This document shows, piece after piece, positions 36,418 to 50,744 of a DNA stretch of 64,000 nt. The stretch is from Perkinsus chesapeaki ATCC PRA-425 (Eukaryota; Protista; Perkinsozoa), in assembly GCA_013115145.1 (NCBI GenBank), contig JAAPAO010000099.1:14397-78396 (forward strand), read 5' to 3'. Numbering within the stretch: position 1 is the first letter of the stretch; each line of letters begins with the position of its first letter. A program made the translations under genes and the position numbers. Under the pieces are notes generated by a model. The model had not been told where the DNA came from. It did no database searches and saw nothing but the letters and a program-made list of their open reading frames with translations.

Positions 36418-39173
36418 CTGCGCGCAGTGATGTGGGTTTAAAGCGGGGCCCTAAAACGGAACACCTCGGAAACCGTAATGGGCCTTTAAGAGGTCAGAAA
36501 GTTGCCACTGTAGAGAGCGTTTATAGAATGAAGAGTAGATCTAAGCTGTAGATAGATGCATAGACGAGCATACAGCGATGGAGTATGATACAATTCCATA
36601 CTACGTCATCGAGTGCTACTGCAGTTTCGAGTAAGCCTGCGATAATCTCTGTCGGTTATATGTGTTCAATTATATGGTCGATCCAGGTGGATGGAATAGG
36701 AAATTGTTAGAAAGCTACTATGGCCATCGCCCCTCTTTACCATGGCTGCTGCTGCTGGTGGTGGTGGCGGGGGTTGGATTAGATTACCCGAGTGATCGAA
36801 AATAGGGGTACCTGATTATAATAGCCTATCTGAAGCAGCTCCATGGTAACTACTCAAAACCGGAAAACCCTCATATACATAGTTGTCTCTGAGTTGTCCA
36901 ATAGAGGCCGTAACCCGAAATAGTACATGCCTTGTCGATAGAGTAAATACTGTATTGGTTATAGGATATAGAAAGGTGCATAATATTCCGGCAATCGCTT
37001 ATATATCGGGACGGCATTATAGCTATATGAATTATATAACTATTAAGTAGTATTAGTATAGATAATATATAGTATAAGATATATTAAAATAACAACGTGT
37101 ATAAGTCTAAAATACTAGTGTGTATTACACCTATAATAGTAATAAAATAACCACTAATAATAGTATATACTATAATAGTAATAATAGTAATTAAATATAT
37201 AACCAATATAGTGTAATACCCACTATATTTTACCGGCTTTTGGACTAATACTGACTTATATACGTTGCATATTACAATTAGTCACATATTGGCCATTATT
37301 TGCCATAATAAAGGGAACACTCCCATCCTGCTGCTGCTGCTGCTGATGATGATGTCGATCTGCCGTTTGATACTGTCCATTAAATTGATGATGCGCCGAC
37401 GAGTTGGGAAAACTGTGGCGATAATCGATATTGGTGGTTGTGCAATAGTACATGGAGGAGGATGATGAGGAGCCTGAAGGGGAGGAATACCTATATAGGA
37501 GATATTGGTAAAGGAGTTTATTAAAAGTACAATAATGATGTAAGTTTTATATTGAGAAAATATTTATTAGGAAGAAAGCGGTACGGAATAAAGGATTTCA
37601 TTTTAACTAGGAATGGGAAATAACCTTCTTGTGCCAATTATCAAGTTGTCGTATCATATTAAAATGATATCGTAAAAATTGAAAGACCCAACCCGATAAA
37701 ATACATATCCGTTAATGTGTTGGACACACCAGGTAAGCTACTATGACAAATTATTGAATATTTATGTGAATCGTCCTCTAATAGTAGCACAATATGTACC
37801 CATTCTAGCTCTGAAAAATTATAATTTTCCCGAAATTTTCATGAAATTTCCTTCCCTCACATTTTGACTGAGCCATTCACCGTATCATCCCAGGCACTTA
37901 CAGTTTCTAAATAAATATGCTTGCTGCTGTTGCGGCTTATATCGTATACTAATCGGACTCAGCTGTCCTTGTGGGCGAAACACCGGCTTAGGTCTCTGCC
38001 AGAACTCTTCTTGATAGGACGGAGCGTAGCACGCTCGTCTCCCACTGTCTCGATAATCATAATAATAATTGTTCTCCGATACTGACTTGTCGTAATATGG
38101 CGGTTGTTGTTCATACGTATTGAATTGATTAGCATGAGTAAGCCCACTTAGTTCAGGAACAGGAGAGTTACCGAAAGTGTGGTAGACAGCAGCAGCAGCA
38201 ACAGGTTGTCGTTCTTCTTCTTGGCTTGTTATCGTCGTCGTTGCCATCGTCATCATCATAGTTAATAATACGGAGGGGTGTTAGATGGCGACGTATTCTC
38301 GGTAAATAATGAAAAACTGACAACACCAGTGACTTTATTATAACCCCAATCAACCCCACAAGAAAACGCAGAACCGTGGTTCGGGTGCAAGAGAGGGATA
38401 TGGCAATAACGACTCTCTAATAGATAATTGATATAAACGAATTTATTATATATACTAATACTTATAATATGCATTAACATTATGTATATATAACCTCGAA
38501 TTTAATACATGATCAATAGTATCATCCTTTTACTTGATATCAAACACTTTTACACTAGCAATGGTGAATATACAAGATAATAGAAATACAACGCGATGAA
38601 ATTTCCGGTGAAATCCTGATCCCTCAATAACATACATAGGAACCAAATTCCATCAGTGAGCAGTAATAGTGATATACACAATCCTACAGAAAATGGGGAA
38701 GAGTACAATAGTAGGAGATAACCTAATAACACACCTGCGGAAGGTGATACAATTGAAGGACTTGAAGGGTACTACAGGCGAAAGACAACATACTACGGCA
38801 TTGTATACTCTACAAACCCAACAAACAGTGCAGATAACAGAGCATGGAAATCTACTGCTCATGAGGAATCATAAGTTGATGAGTGCAGGATACTCGGGAG
38901 CTTGTTGTGATATCATAGCTATTGGGACAATAGCACATTTCTGAAAAATAAACCAAGTATCCGCAGCCTTCTAAGTATTTCTAGCGAGAAATTCTAACAA
39001 TTGCTAATGCTCCTTCCTCGATGTTCGGCATGCTAGATACAATAGGATGGAATCTGAGCTATCGCATTAACCTGGAATACGGCTGCAATTCATATTATAA
39101 AATATATGAAGGAGTTTTGCCTTTTGGGTTTGCGATCCATTATTAATCGAAATATAAAGATATTAGTACCAAC

Positions 39174-39680
39174 TTATATTACATCAAATTCGTCACCCAT
39201 TTCCTTCTTTTCCCTCACAATACTTTTCCATTTTATAAAATAAGACTTCACCAAATGCCTAGAGTTTCGCCAAGTCTTGAATACTCCAGATAGCTCTATG
39301 AGTTTATCAAATGATGCCCCTCGGTCTCTAGAGCTCAGCAAAAGGTCTCGTTCTTCCATTGCATCCTCAACAATCCTACATGCCGACCCATACACGGCCT
39401 TCTTATTGCCCTTGCTGATAGTTATCATTATACGGCATATAAACGATCCTTTATTCCACGTTATGTGATGAGGTAATGAAGTCTTCCGCCGACGACTGCG
39501 AACCAATTTACGCAAGTCCTTAGGAGAACCACCTGCCTTCTTCATTGCTTTCATAAGAGTTAGATCTACAACAGATTCTTCAACAGATCCCCTTAAGTTA
39601 CCATATATCCGATGACCATCAATGTATATACTCGATATTAACTTACCATTATTAATATTAATACCACTAGGAACTGACAT
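39174..39680 (-). CDS. Intronless basic protein with two tandem AP2/integrase-type DNA-binding-like domains (168 aa)
   Basis: Internal duplication (PSGINI..ISSIYIDG..IYGNLR..EESVVD and PHHITW..ICRI..VYGSAC..EDAMEERD) and clear homology to 40666-41338. The family assignment is from motif resemblance only. Confidence 0.6.
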   Translation of the reverse strand: MSVPSGININNGKLISSIYIDGHRIYGNLRGSVEESVVDLTLMKAMKKAGGSPKDLRKLVRSRRRKTSLPHHITWNKGSFICRIMITISKGNKKAVYGSACRIVEDAMEERDLLLSSRDRGASFDKLIELSGVFKTWRNSRHLVKSYFIKWKSIVREKKEMGDEFDVI

Positions 39681-39795
39681 TTAAAGACGTTTAAACTGCT
39701 CATGAAGGTGCTCATTAAGAGCAAAACATCAATGGATCTTTCACAAGGAGAATGCTCTTTATCATTACTGTGTTCCTTAAAGATCTAACCTAGAT

Positions 39796-39842
39796 CTATT
39801 GAGGCGAGTCCCTTAGATCATCTAAGGGACTCGCCTCAATAG
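39796..39842. repeat. Perfect 47-bp palindrome (23-bp arms, 1-nt centre)
   Basis: CTATTGAGGCGAGTCCCTTAGAT-C-ATCTAAGGGACTCGCCTCAATAG. Confidence 0.97.
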
Positions 39843-40665
39843 TGATAAAGATGATCTTTTAAGGGGTCCCCTTGGAAACTCTTTTTTAGTGGGAATAACA
39901 ACAACAACGCCCCCCCTGAATTTCCTGTTAAAATATAAGATAAAAACAACAGGATTGCCGACCGTGTTTGTTACCAAATGACACGCTTCTATATTTGCAT
40001 AAGGCTATTAATATTTAATGTGGACCCTCAGACAAATGATACAGGGTGTTCCTGGGCCCACCCTCACAGTTTCTCAATATAATAATCCAGATGAGTTGAA
40101 TGCAAGGCTAACGCAAATATCGCACTAGATATCTTCTAGTGTTCTTTTGAATCACTGCTGCCACCTCGAGGTACGGATATTAAGCGATGAGTTGGCCGCC
40201 TACATAACCCCGTTTGAATCCCTCCCTCCATTTCCCTTCACTACTATTAAACATTAGTCCTACCAACTCCACAGTCTACAGCAGTGTTAATGCTTCTCAT
40301 TGAGAAGTGTATATGAAAATATGAGATAACTATCATGCATATTCCATCGGTGATAAAATGATCAATTTTTCAACCGGTTGAACTTCGAGATTCCAAGGCT
40401 TGCTGGGAATCTTGCAACCTGTGAGGTTGAACCTGAGCAGTCATATGCGGTATCCAGAACCATTCTCGCATTAATGCTCGGAAGTGCATTGAGCCCGTGG
40501 AAAACACGACCTGGATGACAACCGTATACCTGACTTATACTAAATGGCTTTCTCGAATTTCGGGCACAACATGCATTTCTGTAATTTTACTCTCATAAAC
40601 AACCAATTATATAGCTAATCTATCAAGCATGCCCAGTGACTCGAGTAACTATCACTCACCTACGG

Positions 40666-41338
40666 CTACTCTCTGATGCCAGTGGTGGCTGCTGCTGTCT
40701 TCTCACGTTTCTCTATCATGGCCTGTCTGTACCGAATATTCTTAAAACTTGTGGCGATGTCAACAAGCTCCTCATAGGACTTCCCGCTGCTCCTAGCGGC
40801 CAATAACACGTCCCGTTAGGCAATGGCTTCATCGATTCCAATGCACCAAGATCCATAGATAGTCTTTTTCCCACTACCAACAGTTTTGAATACTCTACAT
40901 ACATACCCGCCTTTATTTTTTGTAATATTATTAGGCATTGCTTTACTTCCTTTTTTAATCAGGCTTTTAACCAATGCTCGGAGATCTGACAAGGAGGAAA
41001 ATACCAAAAATACAGTTCAGGGACAATTACAGGCGGAATCTGATCCAGAAATGACCGGAAATAACCCAACTAACTGGGTATATAGAGTAGAGAATGCCCC
41101 TCTGAAGTGCACGTTAGACTGATTCAAATAAGTCCCCTAAATTTTAACCTTCAACTGTGAACCCATCACTTTTAGCTTTCTCGAGGCACGCTCTGTCGTC
41201 TATGGCTTGCTCAAGCCCTTCCCGCAGAGGACCATAGACTCTCAGTAATTTACCATCGGCTTCATCATCTTCTACATATATATTAGCGATGTATTTACTA
41301 CCATTAAGGTTTACACCTTTGGGAATTACCCGGGACAT
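40666..41338 (-). pseudogene. Paralogue of the tandem AP2-like gene, with one intron (40986-41148) and a premature TAA (40816-40818)
   Basis: The spliced frame MSRVIPKGVNL..FTVE|DLRALVKS..EAIA*RDVLL aligns throughout with 39174-39680. Confidence 0.75.
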
Positions 41339-42366
41339 TCAAGTGACCAACCAACTGATGTTCAAAGTAAATATTGGTACCAAAGAGGGAATTTACTTTG
41401 GCAGGTGATACTGCTCGAGAGAGCTCAAAATCCTTCACGGTTTTCAATAGCCTACCCCACCTGAAATTGAAGAGCTCTCCTAGGATTGGATTTAACGTAT
41501 AACAGTCGCTCCTGGGAGCGCTTCTCGGAGGAGGTCTATCGAGCCGCCCCAATATTATATACCTGTATGCTATACCAGTCTTGCATTGTCGAGGCGGATG
41601 ATATTTCGTGGCGCGCGCCATTGACTTTGAAGTCGCGCCCGCCGATCACCTTACCAATTTAGACATGTGAATGAAGGGGTGGCATACACTCTACACAAGC
41701 TGGATGTTACTAGGGGGTCTTAACCCCTCCAGTCCTCGAAGCGAGGGGCTCCGCTTGAAGATAACGAATCATAGAATGAAGAAGTTCAACCGTTATTAAT
41801 TCAATAAATTATACATTAGCAGTTATTACAGTCGTATCAAATATCTTTAATAAATAGGAAACCTCTATTTGGTGATATCCATACGTTATTAACCAACATC
41901 TACTCAGATCTAACCGTAAAACTACTTGTATTCCCTAATAGCTGTTGGTTTGAGTCCTGATGCCTCCTCCTCCTTCCCCAACCCCTCGACTCAAGGTTAA
42001 TGGCCCTACTCCTCCTCCACCACCAACAGGTCCTGTGCCAAGACGGGGGGATATAACACAAACTGATAAGGCTCGACAACAACAAAGGGAGGGTGTCTCA
42101 CCAAGGTACTGCTGGGGCATACACGGTTTGGGGGAATTGTCGGTATGACTTAATTTCGAGTTAAAAGTTTAATGTTTTTAATGTTTTTCTCAGTTATGGA
42201 CTCTTAGGTCTTTTAGGTTAATTTTGCACTCAATTCATCTCCACAGCGTAATCTTTTGTACTCTGGTCTCCTTGTCGCCTAATTTAATACTAGTACTGTA
42301 CCCCCCTATAGGTCTGCCACCAGTCCACGTGCGGACAGTGGACTCCTTCCCCTGGAGGTATCCAAA

Positions 42367-45300
42367 ATGGTAGAGATCAACCCAGACGTTATAGGCAGAC
42401 CCGAGCGGCGCGCCAAGGTGCGGTGGTGTCATGTGGAGATTTGTTAATTAATCATTAGGTCTACAGTTTGGATGTTGGGGGCACATGGGTTGATAGAGGC
42501 ACAGGTTTTGTCGATATTGTTGTTGCTGATGATAGTGAAGCAATAGACCAGATAGAGGAGGGGAATGCATGGATAGTGGTAGTTATATTAGGACGGGGGA
42601 CGGTTAAGTGGGTGACATGCTTCAGGTGGCACCAGAAGTGGGTCGAAAGAGCTCGGAAGCTGCCAGAAATGGCAAAGAAACCGGCGGGGATAAGTTGATT
42701 TTGCAATCACCTATACAAGCTAAGGATTGCTATAGTCGGCATACGCCTTCTATATTAATATGGACTGAGCTTGATCAGAGACAGGTAGTAGGATGGTAAT
42801 GATATTGCGGGGTTAATTCATTGGAGGGTATTTCAACATACTAGGCTATTCAATCTTACTCTATATTGGCGCATACACGGTGCAGTTGCGACCTCTGTAC
42901 GTACTTGGATTCCCCTAGTTACCGGGCAATGTTTGAGTTAGCTCCTTGTGAAAAAATAAATGAAGTTGGTATTCAGCGGTTGGATATTAGGTGTCAGTAT
43001 GCTTTAATGCCTCAGACCGATATTGCTATAAGCTTTCAAGATAGAGCTGGTGCAATACAAATATGGAATATGATACAGGAGGTTAATAAGGAGGTAAAAT
43101 GGTGGTACTGTGATAATAGTTATTCTCGACGATTGTAGATGCTGAATGGATCTCCTAGATCCAGTGGTGGTAGTAGTACACCAACCAGTTCCCCTCGATC
43201 AAGTGCTGCGGGGGCGTCTAAAGAACGATCGTTGTCTGCTGATAGTAGCAGTAGGAGTAGTAGGACTGCATCGTGGGGCGCTACACCTGATGATGATGTT
43301 AGTAATGGTAATATAAAGGGAAGGTTGATGATGGGGTTGATAGGTAATAATAGTAGGTACACTTGGACCACAGGAACCTCTTATACCATATCCAACAATG
43401 AATAACATTATGCATGTAGTCAGTGCTTTAAAGGAGGCTGGTAGTACTATATGGGATATTACCGCTATTACTGCTGCTTCTGCTGTTATCATCCTGAATA
43501 ATAAAATAGGCTCATGAAATCGGTGTTATAACAGCTCTTATGTATATCTATTAAAGTATCTGGACCACACGGGGGCCATATTTCCGGCAGTTGAGAGTGA
43601 CCTATATGATATGGTTGCAAATAAAGGAAATTTACATATTAATGAAATACAAGTCGAATCCTCCCCTTGTTGACGAGTCGTTCATTGCGTATGGTTACCG
43701 CCAATGCTGGCTGCTTTTTAGGCGAAAAGTTCCCGATTACATTTCATCGTCGAGTGGTAGAAGAGGTAGTATTGTTAATTATAATATCTATCCAGGTCTT
43801 GGTGCATGGGGGATATTAGGTTACATCACCCGAATGGAAGGGATGCCTATGTAGAGTATTTCATGAAGCTGAATCCAGTGGTAATGAAGATGTCTGTGCT
43901 GGCACAGCGGCAGTGGTAGTAAGGGCACTGGAGGAGGGATACTAATCGAGTATTACTTATGCCGAATATATAGAATTGAAACTTGCACAATGTTCTTGCC
44001 GAGAATTGGGAGGTTTATCGGACTGTGGCGCCACCGAATCGGTATGGAAAATACACCTCTAAATGTTGGGCGAAAATGGTAGTAATTGATCGCAGTTCCT
44101 TGGGGACGGTATGTTCGTAGGAGCACATGCAAATACTGAAATATAGTATCATCCAAGGCTCTTTTATACCAATACATTCGGTACTCTGCCTGGGCAACTG
44201 AGAGGCAGCTGCAGACGATGAGCTGGTTAGTATCGTGAAGTGTATTATCATTTCTCAATGGCAGCGACGTTGCACCATTAGTAATGCTGGAGTCCCCTTG
44301 CGCATCCACATCGCAATCATGTAGAGATACAAACCTTTCCACAACGTATTCATAAGCGCGCTATATAGATGTGTTATAAGGTATTCCCCAGGGCGGATGA
44401 TCATCACTGTCTTACTTAGGATTTTATTATTTCTCAAGTGGTGGCATTTCAGGTTCGAGCATTAATCGGTCAGAATGAGGCAGATGTACTGTATAGCCTT
44501 ATACAGAGTGAGGATATCTATATGGATATATTAGGGATGTTAGAGCATGACGGTAATAGGGAATGGCAGGGGCAGTGCAGCAGCAGCAGCAGTAGAGTAG
44601 ATGAGTTAAACAGTCATTGATGGCTATCTCAGCTACGTATCGTCAAGCAAAGCATCGGTCATTTGTAAGCCAATACCATCCTCCATCAAATAGGGTATGT
44701 TTCCCTCCTACTATATTGGACTGCGTACATCTGAACTATCGGATTGGATATCTAAGAGATTCAGTATTGGCAGCACTCATTGATGAGCAGTCCTTCACGA
44801 CATTTGCAACTCTACAGTAAGACAACGGGTGCGGGTTTCGGGTTTTAATTCGGGTTTTGGGTTTTATTATGCGAAATAGATGGCAATCGTAGAGAAGTAC
44901 TCCATATCAGTCCGGAGTATTGTGTATGCCGGATGCATGGGGGTGTTTTCGGAGTAACATCGAATGGTGCGCGAAGTATGGGAGAATTGTCTAGTATCTA
45001 CTCTGAGAAGGGCTGCTATACTATTATATATAAACTTAACCGCTACCGATACTACTACCAGCTAGTTCCCATGCCCTATAAGTAGCGTCAAGTACTGTTT
45101 TAAGTGTTGTTAGGGACTCTGTCCCATTATAGCCTGTATTATTATTTATTCAGTAGTAATAGGTGTTTATTGTTGCTTCAATGTAGGTACTCAAATAGTC
45201 TAGCAATATTGGACTACATTACTAAGAATTATTCTTCAATCTTTTCCAACCTTTTACCTAAGGAATCTGAACGGAAGGGGGACGAGGAGCATTGGCGAGA

Positions 45301-48300
45301 AGAGAGGAATAACGGCATTAGATTTGTAAGGGAGGGATACGCTGGGACGTTTTTACACGTGTTACATCGTTTGAATATTGCAGGTATTGGAAGTATTGGT
45401 AATGTGCCGTTTGATGCCGCCATTGGATAGGAAGGGAACCACAGATATGATGAGTAATAATTACACCGGGAAGATGGATCTACTAAGATTTCCAAATCTC
45501 TCACTGAGCTCTCGTTGGAGGGATACCGCTGTCATACACAAGGTTTTAAACTAAGGAATATCATTACATATCTTGGAGCTCTCTTGAATCTCCCGCCGAC
45601 AGGATATTTTTAATACTGGTTTAATTGCATTTTCACGTTTTAATGCCCAACGTGAGGATGATACCATCGGGCACATCTTCACTACCGCGGATGGATGGAT
45701 CAGTTTTGACCAGTATAGTTGTGTAAATCCTACCAGGGGGGCTGGTGAGCGTTTATCTACCCGAGGCTCATCTCTATGTGGTTTCATCTATACTACTTCT
45801 CAGAGCGTCCTGAAGTTTATGAATCCGTGCTCCGAGCGTGCACAGATGTGATAGCTGAAATGGATGATCTAGCCCTCGATGCTGCGGTGGAGATACTGGT
45901 TACTATGGCCTTGGCTTGCCCTGTGGCAGTATGGGACTTCTGTGACTCTGAAGGGGGCAATACTAGTCCGGAGGAACTGGTCCAGAAGAATAGGAGTAAT
46001 GGTATAACTCATGATAAGACAACAACAACAGCACAAGGTAAGATTTAGTGTAGAGCAGTGATTTATTAATATGATATTATTATACGGATTACTATCGACG
46101 ATATAAGCTATGCAACAGGAAAATGAGCTTATTAACGATGTAAATGTTTCAGTGACCCATCAATATGTCCGTGATTTAGCATATTTATTTGGATCCAGTT
46201 GCTGTTGTCCTTACCGTTGCTTTATAATGTATTATTCTTTCAGTGGATACCCCATGTGATGACCAATCTATTCATCCCCCTCTCCCAGCCCTATTAGTTG
46301 GCCTTTTATCATCTCCTCCCAGTAACAGCAGTGTAGCTGATGAGGGCATACTGTCACAAATAAGGGATGTTATACAATTACTATTGGAGCCAGCATGTAC
46401 TAGTGATGATGATGGTATTCAGGGATGATCATTAACCTGTTTAATGGTTTTAGTTTCGGATACAGTGTTAACTGAGAATCTCATGACCACCATGTATTCG
46501 GATACAGGATTGGTAATAGGGAGAGGCAGGCTGCCGGACAATCAGTCGGTTTAGTCGGGCACTGGGGTTGTTATTAGCGAAAACCCGAGAGCCGGATAAA
46601 TCCAGTTAATTTTATCAAGATTATCTCTAGTTCTACAATGTTTAGTATTCGGATCCAATGGGACAAGTTTGATTAGATATCTCTGAAAACTCACTCGGTA
46701 ATATTGCCGTTTGCCACGTACTACCTGTTATAAAGCCACAGTACATTGCCAGAGCACGCTTCTAGCTCCGTCAAATTAAACTTTTAAACAAGTAGAAGAG
46801 TTTTTCATTCAAAACCATTCATGCTTTTTTATCATCAGAAGTATGGATGTAATTCTATCCGTATGCGGTGTGAACTATGAGTCACCTAGCCTCACATAAG
46901 TGTGCTCCTAATGCCAACATACAATGGATATTCACCCGTTTGGTTAAAACCGCTAGTGTAAAACGCTTAAAGCATAGCGCTTCGCGAAACGAGTGCATTT
47001 TAACGCAAAAAGGCGAAAAACGTTTTTTTCCAAAAAACGGTTTTCGCTTCTCGCGAAAACCAGGTGAAAATCCAATATAGATTCCGCGAGGAAATGTGTT
47101 CCTAGACAGCAGCAAGGAACCCTAGGAGCAGGGAGTCATTTGTGTCTCCCTGCTCTTAAAGTGTTGTTACTAACTTGTAGCAGTAGCAGCAGCAGTATTG
47201 GTGATAATACTGTATCGTCGTGTCTTGTAGGTATCAACCTTGTTAAGAGTCCTTGCTAATCCAACGGGGAGGCAGCCTTATGGTATATGTGCATGTTATG
47301 AGTTATTAAGTTACTGTGTTAGAGTGCATAAGAGTAATACTCGATAATATAGGCTAATATTTCACGTTATATTTCAGCGGGTCGAGCGAGGTATCTATTG
47401 AGTCACCGTCTAGGCCAAGTTGTTGATTATGTAACAAGAAATGTTAGGAATCTCGAAACAGATCTATCTGCTCCCAAGACGGTAATAAGGGACTAATAAT
47501 TGTCCTATATTCTTCTTCTTCTTTAAGGTTGTCGTTGCTGGTCTCCGTTTCGTCCTTTCGGTACTATATACCAAAGTAGGATGAACGAGGGGTGGGGCTA
47601 CTGGATATTACTGGGCTATCAGGATCCGATATTTGCCCCAAGTCTGGAAGGGATAATACCAGCAGTGTTGGAGTACCTGCATAATCGACAAGAGACCGCT
47701 CGTTCAGGAGGTTTGATACCAAATCTATGCCTTGGCATAGTATATGAAATTAGAAATATTGAATCGGTAGTAATATTAGGGAAGGTGCTGCTGCTGCTGT
47801 GGTTTCCGGTTTGAGGTTACTAGAGACTGGTCATGGAGGTTAGGTTACTAGTCTAAATTACACCCAACGGGAAGCACTAGCAGCAGCATCAACCATTCAG
47901 CCATTTACACCATATTGTGTAAATTGTATTGCTCATTATTGTTATATTTCTTAATAATATTCTTGAAAATCACTGCATATTAAACTGGTAGAAGATAGAG
48001 CATTTTGTGAGGATATGCATTATAATATCAAGTGGGGTTTTCCTTACCATTCATTCCAACTATCATATTGGATAAGACATCTGGACTAAATCAAGCATAG
48101 AGTGATCGTTCACAGGGTAGCCGGCCCCTTCTGTGGAGTTTATGGGGCAGTGACTATCAAATAATCAGTCCATATTTTCTATATAACTGCCTGACCACCC
48201 TCCGCATTTCACCAGTTATTTCAGTTACTAAGAAGTACATTACGCAATCCCAAGACCTACTCCTATCTCCAGAATCTGGACAATTCTGCAGTAGGGGGGG

Positions 48301-49565
48301 GGGAATAAAGCACAGAATAGTGCACAGTGCATCTAGTGACAGAAAAACACAACAGAATGAGTGGATCTTGATCACTGCTTACTTATTCTGTTCTGATTTT
48401 TCGCTTAACGGCCCTCCATAACAATCCCCATTCGTTACGGAAGATGGAAATGTGTGAACTTAAAATAATATTTTTCCGTCTTTTTCACTTGGGTTAATTT
48501 CAACCTTGGCCTTACGTTGTCTCTCGAATGGGACATTATATATTGTTAGATACAAAATTTAATACCTCAATCCGTTCGCATGAACCACGATGACATCCGG
48601 AATAGTGGATCAACACCAGCCACTATGGTGTCAGGGAAGTCAGATAGGTTTGGAGATGATATTGAGGAAGAACAATGGTTTGAATCGGATGATGAGGAAG
48701 ATGCGGTTAGTGGATCTGATGAGGGAAGGAAGGTACTGGATCAGGGGAGGGAAGCATTTCTGGAACCGGTTCGCGTGCACCTATATAGTGAGCAAACCGA
48801 GAAAAGTGGGTCGCCGTCCTTTTCTATTGAGCTGGTATGACATAGAGTGATATGTGTTCTATGCTATTACTAATAATGGCATCTCAGTTATAATGGTCCA
48901 TTATAGTAAGTGTGGTAATAGATGTACCCATGTTATATAGGTGTGTATATATTATACATTACAGCACTCATAATGGATATAACATCTCATTTTATTCCAG
49001 ACATCATCATCGTCGGGGGAAAGAGGAAGGAATTACTTCCAAGACTCCCCAAGACCAACTAAGAAGACTTCTGGATCTATATTGGCATCACCTATAGAGG
49101 AGAGGCGGACACCAAGGAAGAACTCTAATGCAGTTGCTAGTCTATTGGAACAGTAATAATTTGCGATATGGATAAGAGCTTTATAAGGGGGATACTATGC
49201 AGCTATTGACGGGAGAGTTGTGGTTCATAAGTTTTGGTATGGGCTTCCCAGTCGTCTGTATTTCAGGTATCTGGAGGATATAGATGCTGATGAGGATGGT
49301 ATGATTGGGCAACAGCAACCCAGTAAAAGATTGAGGATGTCATTTGATGAAAATGATGATGATGAATTCAATGCTTCATTGAAGGTGGCCCCTAATGAGC
49401 ATCATCATCATCAACAAGAAGGACAAGGAGTAAGTTTATAGTAAGGTGCTGCTTGCGTCCATTGCTAAGCTTTAGGAGCATTCTCTGCAATTTGTGGGCA
49501 ACCTGCCAACTCTGGTCACCGAAGGCCTAGCTGTTGAGGATTCTGACTCGGAGAATGAGGGATAA
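42367..49565 (+). CDS. PPP4R3: Protein phosphatase 4 regulatory subunit 3 (SMEK/Psy2), multi-exon; 3' end approximate
   Basis: EVH1-like RRAK|VYSL..WVDRGTGFV, LILQSPI..ILIWTE and DIAISFQDRAG..IWNMIQ. SMK-1-like ILGMLEHD and HLNYRIGYLRDSVLA..DE, then AGLRF and an acidic tail. Confidence 0.9.
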
Positions 49566-50744
49566 GTGCAACCGTGAGTAGGTTTTAGGCTCATCAACCT
49601 TTCTCGTAGTCGGCATATCTTCTTCACTTTGGCTATAGTGCGGTAGTACCTGTCGCCGCCCCGTTGAGTTTTCCTGACCTAATTCTCGCTTTAGTAGCGC
49701 CTCTTATATGTTCGATAGCATATTGCCCATATGTCATAGGATACTCGTTGAACCGTTCCACCTGCCATTGAGTGAATATCGCTCTGAAAGTGGCTGTAGA
49801 CTATCGAAGCACTTAACTTGGCGGGGTATTGTTATATAAACATTATCCATCTTATTATTGTCAGATATCCTCATCATCAACCTTTTCCATCTCATCTTGC
49901 TCCCCCTCCCCAAGTTACACTATTACCATTACTATACACCGGTATTATTATTATTTCACTATTACCGGTCATTACAGACGAGGATTGGTTATTGCTTAAG
50001 ATTAATAGCCCTGTGCAGCAGCAGCAGCAGCAGCAGCAGTTCCAAGTACACTCTGTTCAAGTTCTATGCCATATGCTCTTATACCATATATGCATCATCA
50101 TCATCACCACCACCATCACACCTAGTACTACTATATCCTTATTCTTCTTCTTGGTGCGGTGGCGGCGGTGGCAATTCCCTATTGTCATCATCATCGGCAT
50201 TACCGTCACCCGTATGCTATCTCTTAATGCCTGCTGTGATGTCTAAGAATAAGGATAAGTAGTTATTATTGTTATAGTGGTGATGTTACGTTTACCTAAT
50301 AAGTATAGGTTAATTACCACCGTTAGTATCAGTAACAATAACATCATCATCATCATCATCACTTGGGTACAGTACATTCTTCTTGTTGAGTTTAATGTTC
50401 ACTATTATTTATTTATAATTTTACTTTGCAAGACTCGTAGGTTGCTGTCCCTCGGAGTGGTCTCTGACTTGGTTTTTTTGCAACAAGATTAGAAGGATGC
50501 AGTCGAGCGATATACCATCATCCGATTGAATACAATTCACTTGAACCAAGAAGTCAAGATGCACTTGAGCCTATTACGAGGTCTCTAGAGCATAGCCCCC
50601 CGACAAATGTGAACTCTGAAGGCTTGCTAACTTGCTAACAACTGCCAACAATGTGGCTTCACCTTACGTGTAGTTATGTGTAGTATACAACGACAATGCC
50701 TGTGGTCGTAGTCTTGTAGCTTTTGGCTTTATTATTATATAGTT

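Noticed and set aside
49818-50262. Long ORFs over (CAG)n/(CAT)n low-complexity DNA
   Set aside because: The frames are open because of simple repeats; there is no recognisable domain or splice support.
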